64,000 bases of DNA from the NCBI GenBank assembly GCA_951406725.2, contig OX597835.1:10292001-10356000 (forward strand), read 5' to 3'. Shown here piece by piece: positions 11,564-24,551 of the stretch; position 1 is the first letter of the stretch, and the number at the start of each line of letters is the position of its first letter. Source of the stretch: Octopus vulgaris (lineage: Eukaryota). Under the pieces are notes generated by a model. The model saw nothing but the letters and a program-made list of their open reading frames with translations. It was not told the DNA's origin and did not search any database. Both the position numbers and the translations under genes were made by a program.

Positions 11564-12006
11564 AGTGTCCAATTTCCATGCATGCTGGCATGGGTTACAC
11601 AGTTTGACTGGAACTGGTAAGCCAGAGAGCTGCACCAGGCTCCAGTCTGATTTTCGTTTGGTTTCTACGGCTGGATGCCCTTCATAACACCAACTACTCC
11701 AAGAGTGTAGTGGGTGCTTTTTATGTGTCACCAGCATGGGTCTCATTTACTGTCACCAGCACAGGTGCCTTTTATGTGCATGATCTCCCTGCCTGTGGAG
11801 AAACTGTCTTGCATGAAGCTGGTCGGTGGTACAAAAACGTTGAGAACTGCTAGGTCAGAAGAAGACAATTTAAGTAAAACCAATATCAATTCTTAATTTG
11901 ACAAAAAAAACACCAAGCTTCTTGTTAGAGTATCATATATAAACATTTGAATTAATGATCTTAATCAATTAAGTGTAAAGACACAAATTATTAATCTATC
12001 ACTCAC

Positions 12007-12159
12007 CTCTTGTCTACGCTGTAGGTCACTAGTATCAATTTTCTGTGCCCCAACAGCTGAGTATGGCGGGGCTTCCTCAGATGGGGTCATAATGGCCGGC
12101 TGTGATGCTGGTGGCTGTGAGGGTTGAGGAGCAGGAATGGTTGGCCGGGTAGCTGGAAC
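12007..12159 (-). CDS. SCAMP: SCAMP internal coding exon: VPATRPTIPAPQPSQPPASQPAIMTPSEEAPPYSAVGAQKIDTSDLQRRQE
   Basis: cctttcag|GTT...GAG|gtgagt. 153 nt, phase 0/0. The QPAIMxPxEExPxY and LxRRQE motifs are typical of SCAMP1-3. Confidence 0.95.
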
Positions 12160-12470
12160 CTGAAAGGAATTTTAGAAGAGAAACGAAATCTTAAGACATT
12201 CCTAAGATACACATGTGGAGAGCAGAGCATAAATGATATTACTTGATAAAAAACATCTACTGCAGTTATATCCTTTCTGCTGTGGAAATCAGATAAAGCC
12301 ACTCAAAATGTCATTAGCCTCAACGGCAGAAAGCAGTTTTAAATACCAATCCATCTTTTTCTGTGGACTGCCATGTTGGAAGTCATTTTTTTGTTGAGTT
12401 ATGTCAATGCTGAGGCAAGATGACTTGCAGAAAATACCAATTCTATTTTTTGGTAGATATTTAACATTAT

Positions 12471-12782
12471 ATGGAGGCGCAATGGCCCAGTGGTTAGGGC
12501 AGAGGACTCGCGATCGTAGGATCGCGGTTTCGATTCCCAGACCGGGCGTTGTGAGTGTTTTGTGAGCGAAAACACCTAAAGCTCCACGAGGCTCCGGCAG
12601 GGGGTGGTGGCGAACCCTGCTGTACTCTTTCGCCACAACTTTCTCTCACTCTTTCTTCTGTTGGCTTGCTCGCTTAGCCAGCGGGGTGGTGTCATTTGAA
12701 GGCTAAAAACAATGTGAAGCGCATTGTGACCAGCGATGTGTAGCAACATCTGATAGCCTGGTCGGTCACGGTGATCACAGTG
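12471..12782 (+). mobile_element. tRNA(Arg)-like SINE family C, tail type 2
   Basis: Same ~175-bp head and body as 4695 with a different 3' half. 12-bp TSD atttaacattat at 12459-12470 and 12783-12794. Confidence 0.9.
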
Positions 12783-13300
12783 ATTTAACATTATTCCTGG
12801 AATAACCATGGAATTTAATTTTGCAGTTAAAGGAATGTACAATGAAGAGGATAAAATTCTTTTCTAGAAAGAAAAACGAAACAATGTTACACAAGGTAAC
12901 ATCAATTTGTTTCTGAATTCATACCACCATATTGGAATTTCCAAACACAACAATTGGTCCGAAAATATTACTGGAACATTATTGCGACATAAACTTTGTT
13001 TTCAAGAAGAAACAACTTATGGTTGATTCATAAAAAAATAATCTGTTCCTATATACAATGTCATATGATATCTTCTTTCATCTTTTCAGAGTCAATAAAA
13101 ATAAATACCAGTTGAATACTAGGGTCAATGTAACTGACTTACACTCCTCAATGAAATTGTTGGCCTTGTGCCAGAATTTGAAATCAATATTTCCTGCAAG
13201 GTTTCTTGGCTATTTGTTTCCATCGTATCTTTATATTCCTCCATTAATTATTGCTAAATGGAAAAAGAGTGATTCTGATGGCCAGAGTCATGCTCTAAAG

Positions 13301-13519
13301 CAGTGGTTTTCAACCAGGGTTCCGTAGAACCTTAGGGTTCCGCCAGTACAGTCCAGGGGTTCCGCAAGAAGTTACAAAACTGCTAAAATCGGCAGTAATC
13401 TTTAATTCTCCTGTGCAGATATGTGTGCATAAGACTATTAAATTATTGCACAGGGGTTCCTCGAGCCAGTGGAATGTTTCCTTGGGGTTCCGCTCCAGCA
13501 AAAAGTTTGTAAAGCACTG
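13301..13519. mobile_element. hAT (Charlie-like) MITE
   Basis: Ends cagtggttttcaa ... ttgtaaagcactg. 8-bp TSD ctctaaag/ctctaatg. Confidence 0.8.
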
Positions 13520-15132
13520 CTCTAATGTCAAATGGGCCATGAAGTGAGAGGGGGAGCCTCAGATAACTGTTCAAGAACCATGAATAGCATAATCAGACGC
13601 TCAGCCAAAAGGTAGAGAAATTGTAGGTCAGCAGTAGCTTAGCTTAACTCTTGTATGGTACCTGTCGGTGGACAGGTATCATACAAGCAAATGACTTACT
13701 TGATTAAACTAAGGCAACACTAAAATTAGATGGCAACATTCGATCAGAACACAGTACATCATCATCATTTAATGTCTGTTGACCTTTGATTAAACTGATT
13801 TTATTAATAAAATCATTTCAGATCAGAAACAATACAATGTCAACAAGGGAGATTCCATGCAGCTGCATAATCTGCTAGAGATAGCAGCCAAATCACACCC
13901 TTCTGTCTTAAAAAGTGAAGAGTAAACTGAATAATGTTATTCTAGAGGAACAGTGATTGGGAGGGGAGGGGGGGATTACTACTGGAATGTTTTTGATCGT
14001 AGGTTCTGCTCAATCAGGTTTGACCTGGTGTTAAACAATGAAACCTAATCAATTTCATAACTATAGCAGTGTAATACATACACCACTGTAAACAGCAGGA
14101 GTACTGTAAAACTGACGAGTGATCCAGTGACTAAGGTGACCAGTCCCAGGAGAGATTTTTCCATTTGCTACGGAAACGCCAATAACGAGAAGAAGATGAA
14201 TGTCTATGCAAAGAGAGAGAGAGAGAGCACAATGATTTTTCATATTCATACAAAATCAGATATTTGAGGTACAGGAGTATAATGTCTTAACTGACCACAC
14301 AATACGTGATGGTCCAGATGGTGGCAGAGTCAATGGAGTATCAGAACAACAAAACTAAGAGGACAGTTCTGTTCTGTGTCTATGCCAATGGCTAATTCCA
14401 CCTCCGCAAGCAGAAGCTGCATCAAAGAATCGGCAAGTAATGTTTACAATGTTATCCTATCCCTGGTTAGGTTAATCTCGCATCCATTCGAATTTCAACT
14501 TAAAACACTGATCTCCTGGTACCCTTGTGATTCAGCAAAAGATTAGCTTCAACATGATGGTCCCGGGGGCAGATTGGAACCAAAGGAAGAGAGTAGATTA
14601 GAGCCAAGAATCTTACATTCTGGCCATTCCATTCCTGTCAGTCTCCCATCTTCAAACAAATAATGAATTTCTTCGACTTCACTCAAACTGTTAGAAATTG
14701 CAACCAAATTTAAACTAAAAATACATGGTGCTGTCTTGAGAAAGACACATTGACTAATGTTGTCCTAGGTACATTATATCAGAGCATAAGATGAAGTTGT
14801 CATTCCTAGAATACCTTGGATCAAATGTCGCCTGGATCAGGTTTCACTTAAGAGAAGGAAACAGGAGACATACACTCATAAGGCTTGACCTTGTGCTAGG
14901 CAACAACTTGCGTCTCCTGAATCAAGCCTGAGCTGAGGCTAAACAACAACAACAACAACAACAAATAAATATTGATGATGTTGAATAATTGTTGTTGAAA
15001 ATGTAGATTAAGAAAGAAATACTGAGAGTTCAAATCCAGATGAAGGTTACACATGACTGTACACGACAGCAGAGGATTGCCAGAAGATAGTGACCAAAAT
15101 GCAGTGTTGCATAAATAGATACTCTCATTTCT

Positions 15133-15337
15133 CTCTCTTTTACTCTTTTACTTGTTTCAGTCATTTGACTGCGGCCATGCTGAAGCACCGCCTTTAGTCG
15201 AGCAAATCAACCCCGGGACTTATTCTTTGTAAGCCCAGTACTTATTCTATCGGTCTCTTTTGCCGAACCGCTAAGTGACTGGGACGTAAACACACCAGCA
15301 TCGGTTGTCAAGCAATGCTAGGGGGACAAACACAGAA

Positions 15338-15390
<53 letters not shown>

Positions 15391-15557
15391 TACGACAGGC
15401 TTCTTTCAGTTTCCGTCTACCAAATCCACTCACAAGGCATTGGTCGACCCGGGGCTATAGCAGAAGACACTTGCCCAAGATGCCACGCAGTGGGACTGCA
15501 CCCGGAACCATGTGGTTGGTAAGCAAGCTACTTACCACACAGCCACTCCTGCGCCTA
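15133..15557 (-). mobile_element. SINE family A, full length with internal (CA)n(TA)n
   Basis: Head aggcgcaggagtggctgtgtgg; tail gactgaaacaagtaaaagagtaaaagag. Confidence 0.92.
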
Positions 15558-16367
15558 TGATGAATAAAAATGAATTAAAAAAAATTTTTTTTAATCATTA
15601 TCTTTGCATTTAAGACAAGATAATCTCCTGTGTCTTAATGTCATCGCACATTAAATCAGGAAAGAACAATATCATTTGTTTGTAACTAAACAACAAAGAA
15701 ATTTATTGAAAGCATAAACTGGTTCTGGCAGGAAATGAGGGTGCACAGGCTAATCGAGGAAAACTTTTAGATTCACAGACAGGCTTATTCACCATGACAA
15801 CTAATTATATGATATCACCAATGATATCATACTAGAGAAGTGTCAAATGATGATGGAGGGTGACCTAGATTTTATTAAATTAGAATAGAGAAACTATACT
15901 TCAGTCTCTCTCAAGTATTTGTCCAACTAAGAACTAATTAGAATTAATATCACTTCAAGACACTTTCTTGGTAATATTATTAGATTAAATAAGTCTTGCA
16001 TCAGGAAGAACAAACCGATATCAAAATAGCGTTCTTTGAAGAAGGACAATTCTAGTAAGGAACACAGAAGATGCCATTCACTTTATTAATTGATCAATTT
16101 AATTAAGGTATCAAAGACTTTCATCCCATGATTTTCATCTTTCCAATGGTCCCCCTGCATCTGTCTTTCCAACCTTTTAATGTCTAGTACTTATATATAT
16201 ATTTAGGTTGTACCCCTCTGTGTATGTGTCTATATGCACACACACACACACACACACACATTTACACATGGATATACAAACACACATATATAAAATAACT
16301 GACTAAAAAAAAACAACTTAAGCCTTGTTACCAACTGACTTGACAAAGCAATATACGATAACATAAT

Positions 16368-16627
16368 CTGTGTGCGTGTGTGTGAGTGTGTGTGTGTGTG
16401 AGTGAGTGTGTGAGTGAGTGTGTGAGTGAGTGTGTGAGTGAGTGAGTGTGTGAGTGTGTGTGAGTGTGTGAGTGTGTGTGAGTGTGTGTGTGTGTGTGTG
16501 TGAGTGTGAATGAGTGTGTATGAGTGTGTGTGAGTGTGTGTGTGTGTGTGTGTGAGTGTGTGTGTGAGTGAGTGTGTGTGTGAGTGAGTGTGTGAGTGAG
16601 TGTGTGTGTGAGTGAGTGTGTGAGTGA

Positions 16628-16674
<47 letters not shown>

Positions 16675-16930
16675 TGTGTGTGAGTGTGTGTAAGTGTAAG
16701 AGTGAGTGTGTGTGTGAGTGAGTGTGTGTGAGTGAGTGTGTGTGAGTGAGTGTGTGTGTGAGTGTGTGTGAGTGAGAGTGAGTGTGTGTGTGAGAGTGAG
16801 TGTGTGTGTGAGAGTGAGTGTGTGTGTGAGAGTGTGAGTGTGTGTGAGAGAGTGTGTGAGTGAGTGAGTGTGTGAGTGAGAGTGAGTGAGTGTGTGTAAG
16901 AGTGTGTGTGTGTGTGTGAGTGTGTGTGTA
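16368..16930. repeat. Compound (GT)n/(GAGT)n microsatellite
   Basis: Directly visible. Source of the His/Thr-rich ORFs. Confidence 0.97.
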
Positions 16931-17235
16931 AAGTGAATGCAAACAAAAAACACACACACACACACAGATGCTCTGTAATACGTGGCCAACATTATAAACA
17001 CAGCAGCAGCAACACCCTAATTACAATTATATGCACTCACATGCAGAGAAATGTAATACTAAGACGCTTGAATAAATATAAATGATAGACAGCAAAGATT
17101 GTCGGGAGGGCTCTAAGCACTTGAAACACTGCTGAAAACTTGTGGATACCTAAGGTTACAAGTAGTAACCTGCTACCCACATAAAACCTACCAGGAATAA
17201 GACCGAACCGGGGTCAAACCAAATAATAATAAAAA

Positions 17236-17566
17236 GAACACTCAGAGAGCGCAAACCTCTGCCAAGGCAACACCAATGTCCTCTCAATAATTGACTGGAG
17301 ATGATTTTTAAGGTGAGAATATCCGAGATAAACTCGACTGCTCTCAAATATTAAGTAAAAAACAGGAAAAATAATCCAGAATCCTTGTCCAGTACCGGAT
17401 TGATCCCAAAATCTAATCAGTTCATGTCTGTCATGAGGCCAAACATCCCTGAAAGTTTCATCTGAATCCATCCAGCGGTGCCTGAGGCATCTTGTCCATG
17501 GACAAACAAGCAAACAAACACAACTGAAAATAATACCCCTGTTTTTGCTAAGGTGGAGGTAGTAAT
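17236..17566 (-). mobile_element. Non-autonomous Helentron-like (HINE/DINE-type) element
   Basis: 5' acctccacc subterminal repeat, gtttgtttg microsatellite, 3' ggcagaggt followed by gcgctctctgagtgt stem-loop. Second copy at 61206. Confidence 0.6.
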
Positions 17567-18369
17567 CCTTTTTACTAAAGGTACAAGGTCTGAAATTTCA
17601 GTGGAAGAGGCAAGCTGATGACATCAACCCAGTGCTCACCTGTTGCTTATTTCATCAACCCTGAAAGTATGAAAAGCAAAGGTAGCCTCAGCAGGATTTG
17701 AAACTTAGCACTAAACATTTTGTCCAATATGCTAATGATTTTGCCAGCCCACTACACTGAATCATCCAGCTCATTGCTTTAATAATAATAATAATCCTTT
17801 CTTCTAAAGGCACAAGGCCTGAAAATTTGGGGGAAGGGACTGGTCGATGTAATCATCCCCAGTACTCAAATGGTACTTAGTTTATCAACCTCGAAAGGAT
17901 GAAAGGCAAAGTTGACTGTGGCGGAAGAACAGAAGGGAAGAATTAGATTTGAAAAGAATAGCATGGTACCATAGGCTGCTGGTAACAAGCCTACTGTGTA
18001 TGCAAAGCACCAGGAGTTCAAACAAAACCTGAGTTTAAAAGAATAATAATAACAATAATTTCTAATATAGGTGCTTGGCCCCAAACTTAATGATGAGGCT
18101 GTAGCCAATTCAATCAACTCTAGTTTAACAACCACAGAAGAGATAAAGAGTGTTGAAAGGAAGTATAAGGAATTGAACTCATAATAACCATTTCTAACAT
18201 AGGCACACATCCATAAAATTTGGTAGGAGTGGTTAACCATTTATTTATACATTGACTGCAGTACTTGAGTAATACTTTATTTTATTGACTCCAGGGAGAT
18301 GACAGGCAAAGCTGACGTTGGCAGGACATGAACTCAGAAAGTAAAGAACCAGAACAAACACCACAACAA

Positions 18370-18672
18370 CGTTGAGGGGAAATCACCCCCCGGGGTGGGG
18401 GGGCAGAAAGTTCCAAGGTAGCACTGAAGGAAAGTGGGGCAATAAAAGGGTAGCAATTCATGTAAAAACTGGGGCAATAAAGGGGTGGCGATTCATGTAA
18501 AGACCACAAAATAATGGGTTCGTTAGGTTAAGGTTTATTTGTGAAATACAGTTGCTCTGACTTTACTTTGGAAAGAGGTCTATGGTTGTGATGGTTGGTT
18601 GGGATAGGGGCACTAGGAATGTGGCCTGGGTGTTAAGGGGACAGCAGCCCGAAAAAGTTTTGGGAGCCACTG
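18370..18672. mobile_element. Possible hAT-like MITE remnant
   Basis: Right end aaaaagttttgggagccactg resembles 13301-type ends and there is an internal ~36-bp duplication. The left TIR was not recognised. Confidence 0.35.
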
Positions 18673-19634
18673 GTTTACTGTACTGCAGAACTCCTCCAGC
18701 CCTTGCCAGACAGGAAATAAAGAAACTGCGACAGAAACACACTAAAGGTTAAGACAACGAAGCAAGTAAATATATTGATCTCTTTAATCAATATCATCAT
18801 CATCATGATAAAGTCTATTTAATATTAAGATAATATTAAGACTATTGATTAGAGAAAATTGCTTGATTCATCGTCATCCCTAGAGTAAAAGAAATTCAAA
18901 AAAATATTTAGAAATATTGAAATTATATAAATTTCCACCAACCCAATATCCTACCACACAACTATTAAACTTTTAATGATTTTATTTAACCTTTAGCTGC
19001 TGGCTAAGTAACATTATATAATGATTCCGTATAAGATCTGATACAAAGAAGAACGGACAGTTTAGTTTGGCTGCAGACAACGTATCTGGTGTCAGTGGCA
19101 AGATAAAATATACCCAGTCGATATTATAAGAAAGAGACAACAACAACAAAATTGGCTGGGTTTCTGTAGCTGTGTGTGTGTATGTGTGTTCCAGATCAAA
19201 TGGACCAAAACGAGACACTATGAAACTCACCCAAGCCATCCCAACTTGGAAAAACTCAGACACAAGATGATGATGAAGAGATAATCTCGTGTGCCAAAAA
19301 TACCATTTTTAAAATCTATTCTTGTAGTTTTAATTAGTGACTAGTTGAATTTGCCGGCTCATGAAAACTGCCGTCACATTAAGTCAACAATCAAGGTGAA
19401 TGACAGCGGTGTATCTAAACTTGTGTTAGTGGGCCACACTATTAACATATTCGTAATGAGATGAATAAATATGAAGTGGTTATTGGTTAAGTAATACACA
19501 TCAACAGTGTTTGGCAAGGACGGAGAGCACAGAAACAACCCATTTGCTCAACAACAACCTTCATTTTGTTGTGTGTCTATGTGTCCAAAGATATATATTA
19601 TCATCATCATCATCATTATTATTATTATTATTAA

Positions 19635-20037
19635 GGTGGCAAGCTGGCAGAAATGTTAGCACGCCGGACAAAATGCTTAGTGGTATTTCATCTGCCGCTA
19701 CGTTCTGAGTTCAAATTCTGCCAAGGTCAACTTTGCCTTTCATCGTTTCGGGGTCGATTAAATAAGTACCAGTTACGCACTGGGGTTGATATAATCGACT
19801 TAATCCGTTTATCTGTCCTTGTTTGTCCTCTCTGTGTTTAGCCCCTTGTGGATAGTAAAGAAATGGGTATTTTGTCCAGCTTTACATTCTGAGTTCAAAT
19901 TCTGCTGAGGTCGACTTTGCCTTTCATCCTTTCAGGGTTCATAAGTGAAGAACCAGTCAAATACTAGGGGGGCAATGTAATCGACTAGTCTCCTCCCCCA
20001 AAATTTCAGGCCTTATGCCTTTAGTAGAAAGGAGTAT
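19635..20037 (+). mobile_element. Family B SINE composite (two bodies, two different tails)
   Basis: The first unit ends gtaaagaaat. A second body restarts at ggtatttt (~19866) and ends in the caaaatttcaggcctt...gtagaaagg tail. Confidence 0.85.
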
Positions 20038-20249
20038 TAGTCTTATCATTGAAGTAATAAAGAATAAATAAATTGTAATAAAATCAACAAAACAAAAATT
20101 AAAAGAGTGTGTGTGTGTGTGTGTGTGTATGTGTGTAAATTAGTTTCAGTAAAGTTTAAGGCCTTATTCAAAAATGCTTAAGAATTTTGCTGGGGGGTGG
20201 GGTCTGATAAAGACTCAGTTGTGGGGAACCATTGTAATGAGAGACTCGC

Positions 20250-20850
20250 GTCTGATGGTAATAAGGCCATTTACCGGCTGGGATTAACCATTCTGTCTGT
20301 TTCCCTACTAACAAGAAATTTAGTCGTCAGCAGAGAGGAATTCCCACTGACACCCAGTTTTGAAATCCTCTATTGGAGGACTGTAATAAATAAAAGAGGG
20401 GACTGAGAACAGACCCCCCCCCAGCAAACTCCTATTTCCACACTGAATTCATTACTATACTCATAACTGACAGCACCCCTCTTCACAACTTGAACAGTTC
20501 TCAACCCCTAGCCATTCATCAACTCCTAGCTTTTACGGTGACCACCAAATCAGAGAGCAAGGAACTCTGTCAAAAATTTCCTCCAGGCTGACAAATGCCA
20601 AGAACAGTGGTTCACTTTTGGCTAAATGCTTCTCCTGCAGCTGTCTTCCTAGAAAGGGGCCATTATCAATGCATCTTCCTGGCTGGCACATAACTGAACT
20701 GCATCCCATCCAGGCTCAAATTTTTATCCTGATTAACTGAGCTGTAACTTTTTCTGTAACTTTCAAGAAATAGTCCAGCAACTTGATCTCTGAAATTGCT
20801 TCTCTCTAAGACATCTTAACCCTTGTAACAGTTTGACTAAAATGTTGCTA
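20250..20850 (-). pseudogene. RTE-clade LINE reverse transcriptase remnant
   Basis: Interrupted frames give KLLDYFLKVTEKV, LDGMQF, FVSLEEIFDRVPCSLIWW..KLGVDEWL, GSVLSPL and EFLSADD (compare DLEKAFDRVP, QGSVLSP, YADD). Confidence 0.75.
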
Positions 20851-21634
20851 CACCAGTTGTTGGGTACCACACCTTCCTGTATGACCTAACTGATCATTAT
20901 CATCATTTAACGTCCACTTTCCATTCTAGCATGGATTGGACGATCTTGACTAAGGGCTGGCAAACCAGACGGCCGCACCAGGCTCCAATCTTGATCTGGC
21001 AGAGTTTCTACAGCTGGATGCCTTTCCTAATGCCAAAGGTGTTTATTAATGATGATCTGATTAAAGCAGAAAGTTTGAACATGGATAAAATAATTAAAGT
21101 GACATTCCAATGTCATTTAGAAACACCAGCTAAATTGTATCAGGATTAATTGATAGGGAGCAGCAGTGGAGTCATCATGTAATTGATATTGCATTAATGC
21201 CTTCGTTAGAGAATGGTAAGAATTAAGAAAAAAAAATACGCAACTTATAAATATATTTTAAATATGGGGTTAGGGTTATTTTACCTGGTGGTTTTATGAG
21301 GAGAAAGTAATTACTGTAATAAAAGTTAATAACATTAATTTGTTGGGCCTTGCAAAAACCTTTGAATGAAGAAGATGAAAGCATATCCTGTAATTCTTTG
21401 TCTAATGGGAGTTGTGCGACTTCCAAGTTACAGAGATTAACTGGAGCACAAAATCAACTCCAAGACAGGAAATTAATGCCCAGGAATTGATGTGTTTAAA
21501 TGTTTACATGTAATTAACTGAACTGTATTCAATCTACCTTGGCATGTGAAAGTGAGAGGACAACAGGTAAGAAGCATATTCACAATGGACACCAATAAGC
21601 ATTCTGTTCTATCAGCAAATTCCATCCAAATTCA

Positions 21635-21991
21635 TACTCTTTTACTTGTTTCAGTCATTCACTGCGGTCATGCTGGAGCACTGCCTTTAGTTGAGCAAAT
21701 TGACTCCAGGACTTATTCTTTGCCAAACCACTAAATTACGGAGGATGTAAACATACCACCATCGGTTGTCAAGCGATGTTGGGGGGACAAACACAGACAC
21801 ACAAACACACACACACACACATATATACGATGGGCTTCTTTCAGTTTCCATCTACCAAATCCACTCACAAGGCTTTGGTCAGCCCGAAGCTATAGTAGAA
21901 GACACTTGCCCAAGGTGCCACACAGTGGGACTGAACCCGGAACCTTGTGGTTGGTAAGCGAGCTACTTACCACACAGCCACTCCAGCGCCT
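21635..21991 (-). mobile_element. SINE family A
   Basis: Matches the family, with an internal deletion near the tail. Confidence 0.9.
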
Positions 21992-22491
21992 ATTATATTT
22001 TTATGGTTTTTATACAAGACTAACTACATTTCAGTTAGTTTCTAATAAGAGTGGGAAAATTAAAAATAGAAGAAACCAGAAGACTAAGAATTAAATTAAA
22101 CAAAGTCAGTATATTTCAGACAATGGGTTAAATTCTATTTTGCAGTTATTTACAACCAAAGACATTCACAATTTGTTCAGAATACTTTTGCTATTTAATA
22201 TATATTCCACTTCATTAAATATTAATACTCCATATGTACACTAAGGACAATGAAAATGTTTGGAGATTGACCAAATTTATTTCCAGTCTCAGTGAAGAAG
22301 GACAATTCTGTGAGAACATCAATATGTCACAATAGAATTAGCCTCTGCCATCCCCAATTCTCTCTCTCTCACAATAAATATTTTGCTTCCAATATTCAAT
22401 TTCGATAGGTGGATGCCTCCTAACTTTGACCTGGAAATAAGAATGGAACAGTGGGTTTTTGGTATAAAAGGTGGGTGGTTTTTGGTATAAA

Positions 22492-22780
22492 AGGCGCAGG
22501 AGTGGCTGTATGGTAAGTAGCTTGCTAACCAACCACATGGTTCCGGGTTCAGTCCCACTGCGTGGCATCTTGGGCAAGTGTCTTCTGCTATAGCCCCGGG
22601 CTGACCAATGCCTTGTGAGTGGATTTGGTAGACGGAAACTGAAAGAAGCCTGTCGTGTATATGTATATATATATATATGAATGTGTTTGTGTGTCTATGT
22701 TTGTCCCCTTAGCATTGCTTGACAACCGATGCTGGTGTGTTTACGTCCCCGTCACTTAGCGGTTCGGCAAAAGAGAGTTA
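22492..22780 (+). mobile_element. SINE family A, 3'-truncated
   Basis: aggcgcaggagtggctgtatgg...gcggttcggcaaaagag. Confidence 0.9.
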
Positions 22781-22955
22781 AATAAGTAAGAGCTAAATAA
22801 AGCTGTCTCAATTGAGGGCACAGCAGAGTAGCACTAAGAGTACATTTCAACTAAAACGGTCGGCATTTTCAACCTTTCTCCATAACTACGGTAACCACTG
22901 TCTGCATTGATGGGAAGCCGAGATGTATTCTGTGTCATTTAATAATGAAGGAGAG

Positions 22956-22997
<42 letters not shown>

Positions 22998-23489
22998 GAA
23001 AAAGAGAGAAAGAGACCCATTTCTTTATACTGTTATCAGTCAACTAGTTAACCAATCAATTGTTTGATGAATCAATTAGTTCATCTGAGTTGTTTTGTCA
23101 CAGCTTCTGAGCTTATCTCATGATGTGACCTCATTTTCTCTGTCCTGTGCTAATGTCCATGTTAGTTTCACAAACCCGATTAATCTGTCTCTGCTTCACT
23201 ATTTATAGTTTATAATGATTAGGGAGAGAGAAAGGTGTGTGTGTGTGTGTGTGTGTGCATGCGCATGCATTAGTTCGTTATATTTTTGTGGCTAGCATTG
23301 ATGTGCATAGTTTGTGCATGTGTGTGTGTGTATTGTTCATATGATAGCTTGTTGTTTATTCCTGTATATCACTGCTTAATGGTTATCGAGTGTAAGGTGG
23401 AAGTTGGACAGTTCAACCGTTTGGCTTTACTTTCAACACAAATATTTATCTTACCAAAGTATACAAAGTCATCCACACGCTGACGAAAG

Positions 23490-23900
23490 ACGAGTCATTA
23501 CTTCGTTCACACTTTCTGCTGAGGTCGTTCTAAATCTCTAATCAATGTACTTCTTGTTTTTACTTGTCTTAATGTTGAGTTATGCAGGTACATTAATAAG
23601 ATTTTTACATCAAGATTGTTTATCGAGCTGTCATGTTTCTCTTTGCATGTTGGTACAGTACTGATGCTGGTTTTTATTTTTGCACTCATACCAGTATACC
23701 TCTATTCTTGCTACTATGTTGTGGGCCATTTCTCCATTGCAAGTTGTGGTTTCATCTTTCATGTCTCATACAGTACTGCACATTTCTAGTTTTTAAATGT
23801 ATTTTTGAATTCAGTTTTCGTTTTAATGCAATTGTTATAGGTAATTTTTTTCTAAACGGGTGTCCTACCAGTAGATCTGTCTGCTTCTACAAGTACATAA
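23490..23900 (-). pseudogene. Penelope-like element GIY-YIG endonuclease remnant
   Basis: Frameshifted pieces KTRNVQY, GEMAHNIVARIE, SVLYQHA and KEKH...DVKIL...TLRQVK...LIRDL follow the PLE N.VY / GET...R..EH / S.L..H...H / RQ..E..I pattern. Confidence 0.55.
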
Positions 23901-24407
23901 ATTTTCACCTCTAACACTTTCTCAAATATACCTGGTTTTCTTGAGGGTAGCATCATAAAGACTACACCTTGGAATTTATTTTTATACCATGAGCCTGTCT
24001 TGCCTACTTTCCTATTTTACCTGGTTTATTACATATCTTGTTCTGATACAGATGGCAGGTTCAATTAGTGACTGTATTATCAATGAAAGAAAGTATGTTA
24101 ATTGTTGGAAAGGCTGATTCAGTAAAGTGGCCAAGTTTGTGAAACTAACAAACATTGCACATTAGCATGGTGAAGAGCAGATGTGGGCACATCATAACAC
24201 CACAGGGTGTAATAAAAAAACTCTCACAAACCAATTAAATGATTAATCAAATAGTTGCTTAGTTAATTAGTTAACTGATTACAGTAAAATATACATACGT
24301 TTCTATTGGCAAAATAACTCCTCAAAGAATATATATACATAAGCAAGAAAGTATCCATCTCAACGACATGTCATCATCATCATCACTTTGGAAAATGCAT
24401 GAATCTT

Positions 24408-24507
24408 GGCACCTTGGGCAAGTGTCTTCTACTATAGCCTCGGGCCGACCAAAGCCTTGTGAGTGGATTTGGTAGATGGAAACTGAAAGAAGCCCGTCGT
24501 ATATATG

Positions 24508-24551
<44 letters not shown>

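Noticed and set aside
11127-11687. 186-aa ORF
   Set aside because: No recognisable motif, and it runs through (TA)n into a family D repeat.
12473-12550. tRNA-Arg gene (also 4696 and 61000-61074)
   Set aside because: The acceptor stem is not intact, and the head continues into a SINE body flanked by TSDs.
14112-14178. CTGACGAG ... GAAAC hammerhead-like words (also CTGATGA at 5281, 41327, 44725 and 55790)
   Set aside because: No closing helix II pair or helices I/III could be formed.
16230-17001. His/Thr-rich ORFs (also Cys/Val-rich ORFs at 40.5-41 kb and 45-46.5 kb)
   Set aside because: Dinucleotide microsatellite artefacts that are open in several frames.
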